Shown piece after piece: positions 51,901 through 61,421 of a DNA stretch of 64,000 nucleotides. The position numbers and the translations under genes were made by a program. Location of the stretch: assembly GCA_963662275.1 (NCBI GenBank), contig OY759316.1:96001-160000 (forward strand), in the 5' to 3' direction. The first letter of the stretch is position 1; each line of letters opens with the position of its first letter. This DNA is from Candidatus Cloacimonadales bacterium (GTDB lineage: Bacteria > Cloacimonadota > Cloacimonadia > Cloacimonadales > DAONDQ01). Under the pieces are notes generated by a model. That model saw only the letters and a program-made list of their open reading frames with translations, was not told the DNA's origin and did not search any database.

Positions 51901-52437
51901 GTTGTTATAATAATTATTATCATAATGAAATATAGAGTTCCAATCTATAAACCAAATATTTATGTTATTGCCATAGTCAATGCCGTTCGAAATATAACTG
52001 TAACATGGTGTTAAACCATCCTGCATACTTCTCCGATTACAGTATTCAATTGCATCAATCCAATACATATAATAAATAGGATAATTATCACCAGTACCAC
52101 ATCCCGTACGAGGTTCTCGACCAACAACAGTGCGGTAATTAGCTTGGGTAACTTCATATTTCTCAAGGTAAAAAGATGATACTGTCACAGTAGATCTACC
52201 AATGTTGAAAGTACCACCTTCTACAAAGATAGAGTTATCGGGAACTGAATTACTCACTGGCCTAACTCTGTAAAAATGAAAAGAATTCTGTATAGATTTA
52301 GTCCAAGTGGTTGTTCCTCTTGCTGTGGCAAAGCTGCCTGTGGATGAGATATCCGTAAAATCAGTATCAATCTTATTAGAGCCTTCCACAATATAGCTTG
52401 AAGCGTTAGAGACTGCAGACCAAGATAAGGTAATCAC
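48976..52437 (-). CDS. Triple FGE-sulfatase/C-lectin domain protein with chitobiase/Fn3-associated domains; 3' part of a gene split by IS21
   Basis: Three LPT/LLT..EW..AA(R/M)GG / M(S/T)GNVxEW / RGG..GFRVCR domains and four (R/H)YT(T/I)(D/N)GS modules; the natural 5' end lies at 55141-55312. Confidence 0.88.
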   Translation of the reverse strand: MITLSWSAVSNASSYIVEGSNKIDTDFTDISSTGSFATARGTTTWTKSIQNSFHFYRVRPVSNSVPDNSIFVEGGTFNIGRSTVTVSSFYLEKYEVTQANYRTVVGREPRTGCGTGDNYPIYYMYWIDAIEYCNRRSMQDGLTPCYSYISNGIDYGNNINIWFIDWNSIFHYDNNYYNNISCDWTANGYRLPTEAEWEFAARGGNLTHNYTYSGSNDANVVAWYYNNSGNTSHPVGTKATNELGINDMTGNVWEWTWDFCGDYPSGPQINPHGPEIGEYRAVRGGCWGLISTYGTVSARGYDATYSNYDVGFRVCRNEQLCVLAPIFSPPSGSYLLPQTVTITSNTPGATIRYTTDGSTPSTTMGTVYISPITVDHSQTIKAIAYKSGLNPSSISAIDYMINLTVTSPTFTLTSGAYTTSQTVGILCSVDGAQIRYTTDGSDPISSSALYSVPISITQTTILQAKAFKAGWTPSETVTAYYAIILPNQANFAFIAGGTYNNGTSDVTVSSFYLDKYEMTQAGYQAVMGMNPSSFPSVTNGPVETVSWFNAIEYCNRRSMNEGLTPYYRYNDGTDYGTNPANWPVGWNGSYYHFNGMNIVYSNNSSSIFCNMTEGYHLPTSSEWEFAAMGGNQTHNYTYSGSNDINTVAWYLENWGFENNDTHAIGTKSPNEFGLFDMSGNVAEWCWDIILGDPMQSDPGYYHSCRGGSWGSPPENCLITCLNGAGEACVGSSTIGFRVCRYDQYTVDNPVISPSSGTYLSPQTVTISSNTPGATIRYTTDGSLPSPTSGTIYSSPFTVSVSQTIKAVAYKTGWTISAITKADYIINLTVSTPTFTLTSGVYSSNQTVSILCATEGAQIHYTINGSEPTESSALYQNSISITSTTILKAKAYQTNWANSQTATAVYTFYTSFVRVEGGTFNNGTSNVTISSFYVDKYEITQYAYLATMGTNPSSHSDMNNLPVEYVTWFNAIEYCNRRSLNEGLTPSYSYASYGTNPTNWPVGWNTNNANHINVSCNWTGNGYRLLTEMEWMYAARGGNQTHNYTYSGSNDCNAVAWYYSFVSYTHIVGTKTANELGLYDMSGNVEEWVWDIYASSYPSGAQNNPHGSASGSYRMKRGGSIVGSASNCAVTWRNWNYPTGSGYFNGFRVCRIAQ

Positions 52438-52625
52438 TCCACCAGTGATATGAATTGTTGAATAATATTATGAATTTGAGCCATGAGTATTCCCAAGTTG
52501 AGCCAGTGCTCCACTATAATTGAGCCAGGGAATATTCTACTTTGAGCCACCTTGCATAAATCAGAGTGTGATTAACCATGTGGCAATGCGCTGAAGAGCG
52601 CAAATAACACAATGGAGGTCACAAA

Positions 52626-54170
52626 ATGACCAATTATCGAGAAATCTTGCGTTTACAGGCGCAAGGAATTAGTGAAAGGAATATTGCTCAAAGCCTGCCG
52701 TGCTCCCGCAATACCGTATCCAAGGTGCTGAGGGCAGCAGCCCAACAAGCTGTTTTCTGGCCAATTTCTGATACAATTAGTGACAGGGAATTGGGGAAGA
52801 TGCTATTTCCCATTGTAAATATCGAAGGGTGTCGCAAGATGCCGGATTTTGAGCATATACACAAGGAGTTAGGTAAAAGCGGTGTAACCTTGTCGTTATT
52901 ATGGCACGAGTATTCAGAGCTATGCCGGCAGAATCAGACGATACCCTATCAATACAGTCGATTCTGCGAGCTTTACACGGAATATGCTCATCAAACCAAG
53001 GCAACCATGCGCATTCATCACAAGCCGGGTGAGAAGCTTGAGGTTGATTGGGCAGGTCAATCTGCGTATTTGACAAACAATCTTACCGGGGCACAGCTTA
53101 AAGTTCCAGTCTTTGTCGCTGTTTTGCCCTATAGTGGCTATGCTTATGTTGAAGCACTTCCCAATATGAGTCTGAGTAACTGGATTCAGGCTCATGTAAA
53201 CTGCTTTCAATATATGAACGGCGTGGCAAAAATACTGGTTCCTGACAACCTCAAGACAGGTGTGGAGCGGGTATCCGGTGGAAGCAGTGTAATCAACAGG
53301 ACATATAATGAGCTGGCTAATTACTACAATACAGTGGTCATCCCTGCCAGGGTCAGGCATCCCAAGGATAAGGCAAGTGCTGAAGGGACAGTAGGTATTA
53401 TCTCGACCTGGATTCTGGCTGCTCTTCGCAACAGGAGTTTCTTCTCGCTTAGAGAACTCAATAAGGCAATCAGGGAAAAGTTGGCTGAATTTAACAGTAA
53501 GCCTTTCCAGGTCAAAGATGGCTCCCGTGAAAGCGTATTTTGGCAAGAAGAACGAGAGCAGCTGCTTCCCTTGCCGGAGGAGGCTTATGAACTGGCTACA
53601 TGGGCTACAGCAACGGTTGGTTACAACTATCACATTATGGTTGATAAGAAGTACTATTCAGTGCCTTATGAATATATCCACCACAAAGTAGATATTCGCC
53701 TAACCGCCAGGGTGGTGGAGGTCTTTTACAATTCAGTCAGAATAGCCTCCCCCAGGGGCTTGGAGGGAAACTCTGAGCGATATCAGACCAATGCCGAACA
53801 TATGCCCAAGGATCATCAGGAATACCGGAAATGGGATGCAGATAGTTTTGTTGACTGGGCTTGTACTCTTGGAACAAGCACTGAGTTGGTAATCAAGTCA
53901 ATCCTGGGATCATGCAGGGTTGAACAGCAAGGTTATCGCACCTGCATGGCTGTGCTAAGCGCTTCAAAAAAGTACGGCTGTCAAAATTTGGAAAATGCCT
54001 GTCAGAGAGCATTAAGCTACACACCAAATCCGAGTTACAGAATCATCAAGACTATTCTAAACTCAAATGAACAGAAGAGAAGCACCGATAATGATGCTGA
54101 AGCGGTGCAAAGCTCAGAGTATGCCATCAGCCGGGAATCAGGTTACTACGGGAGAAACGAAAATGACTAA
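52626..54170 (+). CDS. istA: IS21 family DDE transposase
   Basis: N-terminal HTH; HKPGEKLEVDWAG, VPDNLK, PKDKASAE and YSVPY motifs. Confidence 0.95.
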   Translation: MTNYREILRLQAQGISERNIAQSLPCSRNTVSKVLRAAAQQAVFWPISDTISDRELGKMLFPIVNIEGCRKMPDFEHIHKELGKSGVTLSLLWHEYSELCRQNQTIPYQYSRFCELYTEYAHQTKATMRIHHKPGEKLEVDWAGQSAYLTNNLTGAQLKVPVFVAVLPYSGYAYVEALPNMSLSNWIQAHVNCFQYMNGVAKILVPDNLKTGVERVSGGSSVINRTYNELANYYNTVVIPARVRHPKDKASAEGTVGIISTWILAALRNRSFFSLRELNKAIREKLAEFNSKPFQVKDGSRESVFWQEEREQLLPLPEEAYELATWATATVGYNYHIMVDKKYYSVPYEYIHHKVDIRLTARVVEVFYNSVRIASPRGLEGNSERYQTNAEHMPKDHQEYRKWDADSFVDWACTLGTSTELVIKSILGSCRVEQQGYRTCMAVLSASKKYGCQNLENACQRALSYTPNPSYRIIKTILNSNEQKRSTDNDAEAVQSSEYAISRESGYYGRNEND

Positions 54171-54918
54171 TAATACTACTATCATTAAACTTCGAGAGAT
54201 GCTGTTAAATGGCATGGCAGATGCCTACCGAAATCAGGTTAACGATAAATCACTGGAAAACTACAGCTTTGATGAGCGCTTTGGCATGCTGGTTGATATA
54301 GAATGGGATAAGCGCAAGAATAATAGGCTTAAACGTCTGATTCACGGTGCCGGCTTCAAGTTCAGTAACGCGAGCATAGCAGATATTGACTACCATGAAG
54401 ACAGGAAACTTGATCGTAGTGCAATCGTTGAATTGGCATCATGTTCATTTATTGGAGAGAATGAGAATATCATCATCACGGGAGCATCAGGAAGCGGTAA
54501 AACATGGCTGGCTTGTGCATTTGGCATAGCTGCCTGCAAGAAGTACTTCACTGTAAAATACGTCCGCCTGCCTGAACTGTTGGATGACCTCGCTGTTAGC
54601 CGTTGTGAAGGCGGGCATCAAAGAGTCATAGACAGATATGTAAATGCGAAACTGCTGATACTTGATGAATGGCTGTTAACCAGGATAAACGAACAGGAGG
54701 CTAAAGATCTCTTTGAAATAGTCGAGATGAGGTATTCCAAAGCATCTACGGTCTTGTGCTCTCAGTTCAAAACCGGAGGATGGCACGAGAAGATTGGACA
54801 ACCCACTCTCGCTGATGCCATCCTTGACCGGCTTGTTCATAACTCTCACCATATATTTATCGATGGGAAGATGTCAATGAGAGAACGCAAGGGAATAATA
54901 CAAATCAATAAGAAATAG
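54163..54918 (+). CDS. istB: IS21 family helper AAA+ ATPase
   Basis: GASGSGKT, LLILDEW and ADAILDRLVH motifs; ATG 54163 overlaps the end of istA. Confidence 0.95.
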   Translation: MTNNTTIIKLREMLLNGMADAYRNQVNDKSLENYSFDERFGMLVDIEWDKRKNNRLKRLIHGAGFKFSNASIADIDYHEDRKLDRSAIVELASCSFIGENENIIITGASGSGKTWLACAFGIAACKKYFTVKYVRLPELLDDLAVSRCEGGHQRVIDRYVNAKLLILDEWLLTRINEQEAKDLFEIVEMRYSKASTVLCSQFKTGGWHEKIGQPTLADAILDRLVHNSHHIFIDGKMSMRERKGIIQINKK

Positions 54919-55140
54919 CCGGTTCCCTCTTAGATGCATCGTTCCGGCTGCTGCTTCGCTCGGACTACGTCCTCACTCCGCAGCAGCCGGAACTTCATCC
55001 TCCCTAATAAAGTTGATAATATGTAATAAGGCAATAAGATACGTCGTGTGGCTCAAAAAGATAATATAGTATGGCTCAATTATAGTGGAGCACTGGCTCA
55101 ACTTAATCGGACAAGGTGGCTTTTCTGAGCGGAATATGCA

Positions 55141-55312
55141 TTGTCACATCATTGGGTGGAGTCAAAGCATCTCGTTCAGTTTCTTTAAACTGTCCTAATT
55201 GTGGGGCAGATGGCTTCACAATATTTGAGGAATGGTGATTTGAGACTCTCCCTGTCGCAAAGCAAAAAAAACTGCTAAAAAAGAAAACCAAAATGCAAAG
55301 AATGTTTTTCAT
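55141..55312 (-). pseudogene. 5' fragment (signal peptide) of the IS21-interrupted FGE-domain gene
   Basis: MKNILCILVFF..LTPPNDVT joins in frame to IHITGGVITLSW when the IS and one TTGT are removed. Confidence 0.88.
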
Positions 55313-55470
55313 AAAAACCTCTCATTTATGAGTTTATGTTTTAATTGTATCCGTAAGTCATATAGGAGAAGATATCTGAATATAATTCAACAATAATGGC
55401 TGTTATTATTTTGCGTCAAGCATTAATTTTACAAAAAATGAGCTTCTATGACCCTTTACATCCCTTAAGA

Positions 55471-55552
55471 GCATTACGGTACCAATACGGTAGCAATACG
55501 GTATCATTACGGTAAAAAACCGTATTTATACCGTATTGGTATAGTAATGGTA
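55471..55552. repeat. 11-bp-period repeat with an inverted arm (long imperfect hairpin)
   Basis: gcattacggta ccaatacggta gcaatacggta tcattacggta, followed by reverse-complement units (ccgtattta, taccgtattgg, gtaatggta). Confidence 0.8.
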
Positions 55553-55622
55553 CTCTATTATAAGAAAGAGGTGAGTAGATGAAATACTCGGTTTTCATAT
55601 AAAGTTCGCACGCCTTTCTTGT

Positions 55623-55742
55623 TCGAACTTCCAGGTTGAGTATGATTTTCTAGAAAAGCATTCCAAGAAAATGCCCCGAACCATGTTGCACTATGCTATC
55701 GAGAAGTGTCCTTAGGAGATGAGACTGTATTTTATGAGAAGA
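55623..55742 (+). pseudogene. Degraded copy of the 3' end of the AlkD-like gene
   Basis: QVEYDFLEKHSKKMPRTMLHYAIEKCP*EMRLYFMRR versus QVEHNFLELHSQQMPRTMLRYSIEKFPEETRQYFMRR at about 48260-48370. Confidence 0.8.
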
Positions 55743-56221
55743 TTTCCCTCCCTTTTGCAAAGGGAGGGGTTAGGAGAGTTAGTTCTTTTCTTAATCAACT
55801 TTTAAAACATCGCTGTTACTTTGTAGAAACGTCGATTATATGTACCAGCATCTCCTATTGCTCCGGTAATTCCAAACAATCCATTTACAACTAAGATAAT
55901 AAGCTAAGTAATATAGCTATTTTCATATCATACTTCCAAGATTTGCACTACGCTGCAGGTTTGAATATAGATTTCTTATGATTCAAATATTTAATATACT
56001 TGAATATTATGACAGATTACTTTTTCAAGAAGCTCTTGAGATTAATTAAAATGTTGCAAATAATGTAAAGTAAGATTCATAAAATTACAAACTAAGTCTC
56101 CCTTAGGCTTATCAATAAGCAGTTTAAGCAATTCTTTCACTTCGCACTTCGTAAAATTCTCTTGCCCAAAACAATCTAATTTATGAAACTTCCCCTAAGA
56201 GATTTTACTTGCGGAGGTACC

Positions 56222-57832
56222 ATGCCCCGTTATTTAGATAAGAACACAGCCCAAGCTCTGCAGACAGATGTTCTGCTGGAATTGATCCAGCCTTTTTCTG
56301 AACCAGGAAGGAAACTCAAAATGCATGAAAAAGCTTATCTTTCAGGTGAAGAAAGCAAGCTGGCTCTGGAATTTCAGATGATTCATCTGTTAATGAATTT
56401 TAAAATGCAGCAATCTAGTGATTTTATAGTTCTTCAAGATCTTCTCCAGCATTTGGAAGACATTCATAAAACGATTCAGCATTGCGAATCCCACACACTT
56501 GCCCTTCATGAGATATTTGAAATTAAGCATTTCTTATATTTTCAATTACGAATCAATGAAATTCTCCATTTCAATCATCTGACAGATTGTGCAATTTGCT
56601 CTGATTTTATAGAATTGTTTGAATATCTTGACCAGGATAAGCAGAACCAGCCGCATTTTTATCTATCAGATGCGTATTCGGTAGAATTGTCAGAAGTTCG
56701 GAATGAGTTGAATGAGCTGATTAACACAGAGAAGCGATGGTATCAGACAACTCGTGGAAAAGCTGCAAAGTCACTTGGGATGGAAATGGTGGGACTGGAT
56801 GTTGTAATTGATAGAAACAATACTTTTCAGATGGAGAAAGTTGAAAAATCTCCGTATTTCCAGGAAGGGAAAAGCAATTACAGCAATCGTGTCTTCCATT
56901 TAAAGGAAACCCCAAGCTTACACAAAATTCGGACAAAGATAGAAGTTCTAAAGCATAAACTAGAAACTATTGAATTGAATGTCCGCATCCAAATCTCCGG
57001 GAAGATCGCATTGCATTTCAGAGAGCTGGAAAATACTTTTCATGCACTTGCGCAGTTAGATTTGCGTATGGCAAAGGCATCTTTTGGTATTAAGCAATAC
57101 TGTTGCATTCCCAAAATCAACAAACAGATGAAAATTAAACTTCATAAATTGGTAAATCTACCGCTTCGGATGAAACTCCGTGAAATTGGTCATCCCTATG
57201 AAGTGACTGATATTGAACTAACTCATAAGCTAAATATCGTCATCGGGGCTAATATGGCAGGGAAAACTTCTGCTCTGAAATCCCTGGGTCAAGCTGCCTT
57301 TCTAGCAGCCAGGGCAATTCCTGTTCCTGCTAAATCTGCAAGTTTACCATTATTTGATTTTCTCTTTTTCTCCGGTGAAGATAGCCAACGCAAGCAGCCT
57401 GACCTCAGCAGCTTTGCCCAGGATGTTGTTGCGATGCAGGATGCATTAGAAATGCCTGGATTCGGACTATTTCTTATTGATGAATTTGCTCGTGGCACTA
57501 ATCCCTTCGAAGGAGAAGCTCTCTGCTCTTCTCTTCTCTCCAAGATGATTAGTAAAAATGCTCTTACTTTTTCTGCAACGCATTTCCAGGCACCTGCATT
57601 CATCTCAGAAGCAGCACATTTTCTCATGCCAGGTCTGACTGAATCTGATTTTCTTGAAATTAGTCAGTTGCCTGTTAAAGAACGAATTGCAGAACTTCAT
57701 AACAGGATGAAATATAAATTGATAGCCGTTACCAAAGGACAGGAACCACCTCGTGCGGCGTTACGCATAGCTGAAATATTGGGTCTGGATTTGAAGATTA
57801 TTCTATCTGCACGAGATATCTTATCTACCTGA
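56222..57832 (+). CDS. MutS domain V ATPase resembling lysine 5,6-aminomutase reactivase subunit KamC
   Basis: GANMAGKT, LSSFAQD, LIDEFARGTNPFEG and ATHF motifs; N-terminal EIFEIKHFL and FYLSDAYSVEL motifs that I recall from KamC-type proteins; no mismatch-binding or Smr domain. ATG 56222 follows GGAGG. Confidence 0.7.
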   Translation: MPRYLDKNTAQALQTDVLLELIQPFSEPGRKLKMHEKAYLSGEESKLALEFQMIHLLMNFKMQQSSDFIVLQDLLQHLEDIHKTIQHCESHTLALHEIFEIKHFLYFQLRINEILHFNHLTDCAICSDFIELFEYLDQDKQNQPHFYLSDAYSVELSEVRNELNELINTEKRWYQTTRGKAAKSLGMEMVGLDVVIDRNNTFQMEKVEKSPYFQEGKSNYSNRVFHLKETPSLHKIRTKIEVLKHKLETIELNVRIQISGKIALHFRELENTFHALAQLDLRMAKASFGIKQYCCIPKINKQMKIKLHKLVNLPLRMKLREIGHPYEVTDIELTHKLNIVIGANMAGKTSALKSLGQAAFLAARAIPVPAKSASLPLFDFLFFSGEDSQRKQPDLSSFAQDVVAMQDALEMPGFGLFLIDEFARGTNPFEGEALCSSLLSKMISKNALTFSATHFQAPAFISEAAHFLMPGLTESDFLEISQLPVKERIAELHNRMKYKLIAVTKGQEPPRAALRIAEILGLDLKIILSARDILST

Positions 57833-58109
57833 TGTAGCAACAACTTTAGTTATTGCTACCTTCTGTTCTGCCCTTCTTGCCTTATATCCTTCTCAAAGTC
57901 ACCGGATTGAAATCCAGTGTTTATAGCTTTCAGACTTAATGACTTCAGTATGTACTTTACTAATGAGATTAATTACTATACATTACAAATAGAAGAAAAA
58001 GTATATTTTCATTCATCTTATATAAAAAAAATTGACACATTATTAAGCATTATATTCTTATCAGGATGTATTATCCAATAACGATATCCAATCTTCACGG
58101 AGGTATAGT

Positions 58110-61085
58110 ATGAACAAAATTCTATTACTTTGTACTCTTATGCTGATGAGTATGGCTCTGTATGCCTTTACACCTATCATTGATGGCATCAAGGATGCCG
58201 AATGGGGTGAAATTCCCACACATAGCTCCACCACTGTAAAGCAACCCCTTGAATTCAACCTGGATGGCGGATGTTATGTCACGGATGACCCTGATTATGT
58301 CTATATCGCTATTCCCATAGATAATGACCCTTGGGAAGATGGCAAATCTGTTCATTTACATGTCGCAATTGATTTAAGAAATACTCCTGACGGCGGTACG
58401 TATGATGCCTGGGGCAGCAGCATTAGCTATGGTCAGCCATTCAAACCGGAATTTGATGTCATCACCCAATGGAGCACAGCAGATGAAAACTTGGGATACT
58501 CCGCTTTTCAACAATGGATTGGTGGAACGTGGAATGCTGAATCCAACCCCCCCACAGGCATACACCTTAGAGGAGAGGGGTGTCAGTGTGTCGAAATCGC
58601 AATACACCGTAGCCTTTTAGATAATATTGAATATACTGAAGTTATCAATATCTCTGTTTGGGAGCGTCCTGCCTGGGATAAGCCAGGTGCATCCATTTGC
58701 CTGCCTGCTGATCCATCCTTTCCTTCTGATTGGGGCAATGATGGCGGAGTATTTACCACCCAGTTTCCATACACTTTAGCCACCCTTCACACAGTTATCG
58801 TCGCACCCCAGGTGGCAAGTATCATGCAACTCACGAGTTCTTCCTTCAATCTTACTTTCAGCGAACCTATGAACCAAGAAGCTGCCAGTGTTATCTCAAA
58901 TTATAACTACGGCGGTGGGATGATCATTTCATCGATAACTCCTATTAGTCCAACGACATTTAATTTCCAAACCATATCTAATCTTTCAGGCGGAACAACA
59001 TACAGCGTAATAGCCAAGCCGGAAATCGTCAGTGCGGAAGGAACTCCCATCGATCCGGTTCATAACAGCGCTTCTTTTACAGCCGTGAGCAATTCTTCTG
59101 TTACTTTCTACGTTAGTTTGACTGCTCTCATTGAAAGTGGAGGCTTCGATCCTGAATTAGATCAGATAGCTGTACGCGGTGATTTTAATGGCTGGGGAAT
59201 CACAAACGCGGATGGAATTCCCCATCATGTGTTGCCTAGCACTTTCTTTGATGTATATGGAATTACCGTTTCTGTTCCTTATGGAATAGGTCAGACATTT
59301 GAATATAAGTACTGGAACAATCACAACAGCGGTGATAACTGGGAAAACCTTCCAACTAACAGAAGTTTTACAATTGCCGGTGAAACGAATGTCATCCCGG
59401 TGGTATATTGGAACAATGTTGATCCAACTACTCTGATAACTCATCCTATCGCTGTGACTTTTAAAGTTGATATGTTGATGCAGACAGTGTCTTCAGGTGT
59501 CTATCTTGCTGGCGGCTTCAATTCCTGGAATGGAACTGCCACGCAAATGACTCTTGATAGCGGTACTATCTATAAAACAACGGTGACCTTTCCTGCCTAT
59601 TCAACCAAAGCGCAGGAATATAAATTCCTCAATGGTGAAGCCTGGGAGTATACTAGCAACAGGGCAATTGTCCTGGATAATGAACAGACTGCCATGGAAC
59701 TTCCTATTACATATTTCAACAATATTATCCCTCCGGAAATGAAAACAATCACATTCTTACCGAAGTCTCTTTCAACATTCACGAATTTCAATAACAATGA
59801 TGTACTTCCGCCCGGATCAGATATTAATATTGAAACCAGGGAGACCCCTGCTGATTCATGCTGCGAAGAAGATGATGACTTAGTGAGAGTGTGTTACATG
59901 GAGCTCTGGCCTGATGAAGGTGATTATGATTTGAATGATCTGGTTGTTAGATATCGTTTAAAATTGGGCAGTACTTACTGGGGATGCACGCTTCAGAATG
60001 GTATCAATGTCCATGATGGAGAAACAGTTGAATTCTATTTTACATTGACTGACTCTCTCGGAAGAGTTTCCATAGATAATAATGGGGGCGCAAATTATCA
60101 TGTTTCAATTGGTGGTGGTGGACTGCCGAGTTTCACATTCTTACCGATGTCTCTTTCAACATTCACGAATTTTAATAACCATGATGTACTTCCTCCCGGA
60201 TCGAATCTTAAATTAGAAACATTGGAAACCCCCGGTGGTTCATTTGTTTCAGCCAAGGTTTATTACAGATTTGAAGATACTTGGCCAGCAACTGGTGATT
60301 ATGATATGAATGATCAAAATGTTGCATATCATAAGAATATGGCTAGCGCTTACTGGCAATGTACGCTTGTTAATGGTGTCAATGTTCATGATGGAGAAAC
60401 TGTGGGATTTTATGTAACCGCTACTGATTCTCTCGGAAGAGTTTTCATGGATAATAATGGGGGCGTAAATTATCATGTTACAATTGGCGCGGGAGACTTG
60501 CCGGTATTTTCATTCTTACCGATGTCTGCTTCAACATTCACGAATTTTAATAATAATGATGTGCTTCCACCAGGTTCAGACCTTAAATTGGAAACAGTCG
60601 AGATCCCCAGTGGTTCATTTGTTTCAGTCAAAGTGTATTACAGGGAGGATTTATGGCCTAAGAAAGGTGATTATGATATGAACGATGTGCTTGTTAGATA
60701 TAGTATAGATGGTAGAACTTACTGGAATTGCACACTTCATAATGGTATCGATGTTCAGGACGGAGATACCTTGGAATTCTATGTAACTGCTACCGATTCT
60801 CTCGGAAGAGGTTACACAGATAGTAATGGGGGCGCAAATTATCATGTTATAATTGGTGAAGGAAACCTGCCAGCCCCAGGCAATGTGCAGATACATTTTT
60901 ACGGCGATAATATCCATCTTACCTGGAATGAAGTTTCAGGAGCAACATCCTACCGTGTTTACTACTTCGATGATCCGAGTCATCCCAATACCCTGACCTC
61001 TACCGATGCTATCATACCGGATATTACACTGGTTGGACATGCCTTGCTTGGGAAACGATTCTACCGGGTTACAGCATTGAAATAA
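58110..61085 (+). CDS. Secreted modular carbohydrate-binding-like protein (CBM9/DOMON-like, Ig-like, two CBM20-like domains, three ~125-aa repeats, terminal FN3-like module)
   Basis: Signal peptide; IDGIKDAEWG..YVYIAI; LTFSEPM; VRGDFNGW and LAGGFNSW..YKF..WE; repeats ending DNNGGANYHV. Confidence 0.75.
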   Translation: MNKILLLCTLMLMSMALYAFTPIIDGIKDAEWGEIPTHSSTTVKQPLEFNLDGGCYVTDDPDYVYIAIPIDNDPWEDGKSVHLHVAIDLRNTPDGGTYDAWGSSISYGQPFKPEFDVITQWSTADENLGYSAFQQWIGGTWNAESNPPTGIHLRGEGCQCVEIAIHRSLLDNIEYTEVINISVWERPAWDKPGASICLPADPSFPSDWGNDGGVFTTQFPYTLATLHTVIVAPQVASIMQLTSSSFNLTFSEPMNQEAASVISNYNYGGGMIISSITPISPTTFNFQTISNLSGGTTYSVIAKPEIVSAEGTPIDPVHNSASFTAVSNSSVTFYVSLTALIESGGFDPELDQIAVRGDFNGWGITNADGIPHHVLPSTFFDVYGITVSVPYGIGQTFEYKYWNNHNSGDNWENLPTNRSFTIAGETNVIPVVYWNNVDPTTLITHPIAVTFKVDMLMQTVSSGVYLAGGFNSWNGTATQMTLDSGTIYKTTVTFPAYSTKAQEYKFLNGEAWEYTSNRAIVLDNEQTAMELPITYFNNIIPPEMKTITFLPKSLSTFTNFNNNDVLPPGSDINIETRETPADSCCEEDDDLVRVCYMELWPDEGDYDLNDLVVRYRLKLGSTYWGCTLQNGINVHDGETVEFYFTLTDSLGRVSIDNNGGANYHVSIGGGGLPSFTFLPMSLSTFTNFNNHDVLPPGSNLKLETLETPGGSFVSAKVYYRFEDTWPATGDYDMNDQNVAYHKNMASAYWQCTLVNGVNVHDGETVGFYVTATDSLGRVFMDNNGGVNYHVTIGAGDLPVFSFLPMSASTFTNFNNNDVLPPGSDLKLETVEIPSGSFVSVKVYYREDLWPKKGDYDMNDVLVRYSIDGRTYWNCTLHNGIDVQDGDTLEFYVTATDSLGRGYTDSNGGANYHVIIGEGNLPAPGNVQIHFYGDNIHLTWNEVSGATSYRVYYFDDPSHPNTLTSTDAIIPDITLVGHALLGKRFYRVTALK

Positions 61086-61421
61086 GGTATACTCTTGTAG
61101 TCTCAGGAAAGTCCCGTAGGGATGACAGATATTAACGCTCGGGTTTTAACCCGGCGATTTGACAATAGTAATCTGTCGTTCAGATGGGAATCAGAATCAA
61201 ACTTTCCCGGCTAATACTTCGACTACGCTCAGTAACCATACCCTCCCTTGCTTTATTCAAGGGAGGGAAATATGATAGGATACTGTTCATAGACCATTCT
61301 TCCCTTCATCTGAAGGGAGGGGTAGGCTTCTTATTTTCCCTCAGCGAATTTCAATTGACAAGAAAAATAAATTTATAGTTTTTGAATGGACGCTGAGAAT
61401 AACCAGTAAATGGAGACGAAG

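Larger units (their letters stand above)
52459..55140 (+). mobile_element. IS21-family insertion sequence, 2682 bp, 4-bp target duplication TTGT
   Basis: TG...CA ends; multiple TTGAGCCA sub-repeats at both ends, with AAGTTGAGCCAGTGCTCCACTATAATTGAGCCA inverted between them; TTGT at 52455-52458 and 55141-55144; istA-istB inside. Confidence 0.93.

Noticed and set aside
38760..52437. True formylglycine-generating enzymes
   Set aside because: The catalytic Cys pair following RGGS is absent, and the domains sit in secreted modular proteins with no sulfatase nearby.
40730..53633. Longer antisense ORFs 40730-41350 (+), 44453-45052 (-) and 52920-53633 (-)
   Set aside because: Each lies opposite a well-supported gene and has no recognisable motifs.
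38760..55312. Complete DGR cassette in the window
   Set aside because: I found no reverse transcriptase, Avd-like gene or AAC-rich template repeat; only target-like genes are present.
56222..57832. mutS or mutS2
   Set aside because: Too short; lacks mismatch-recognition and Smr domains.
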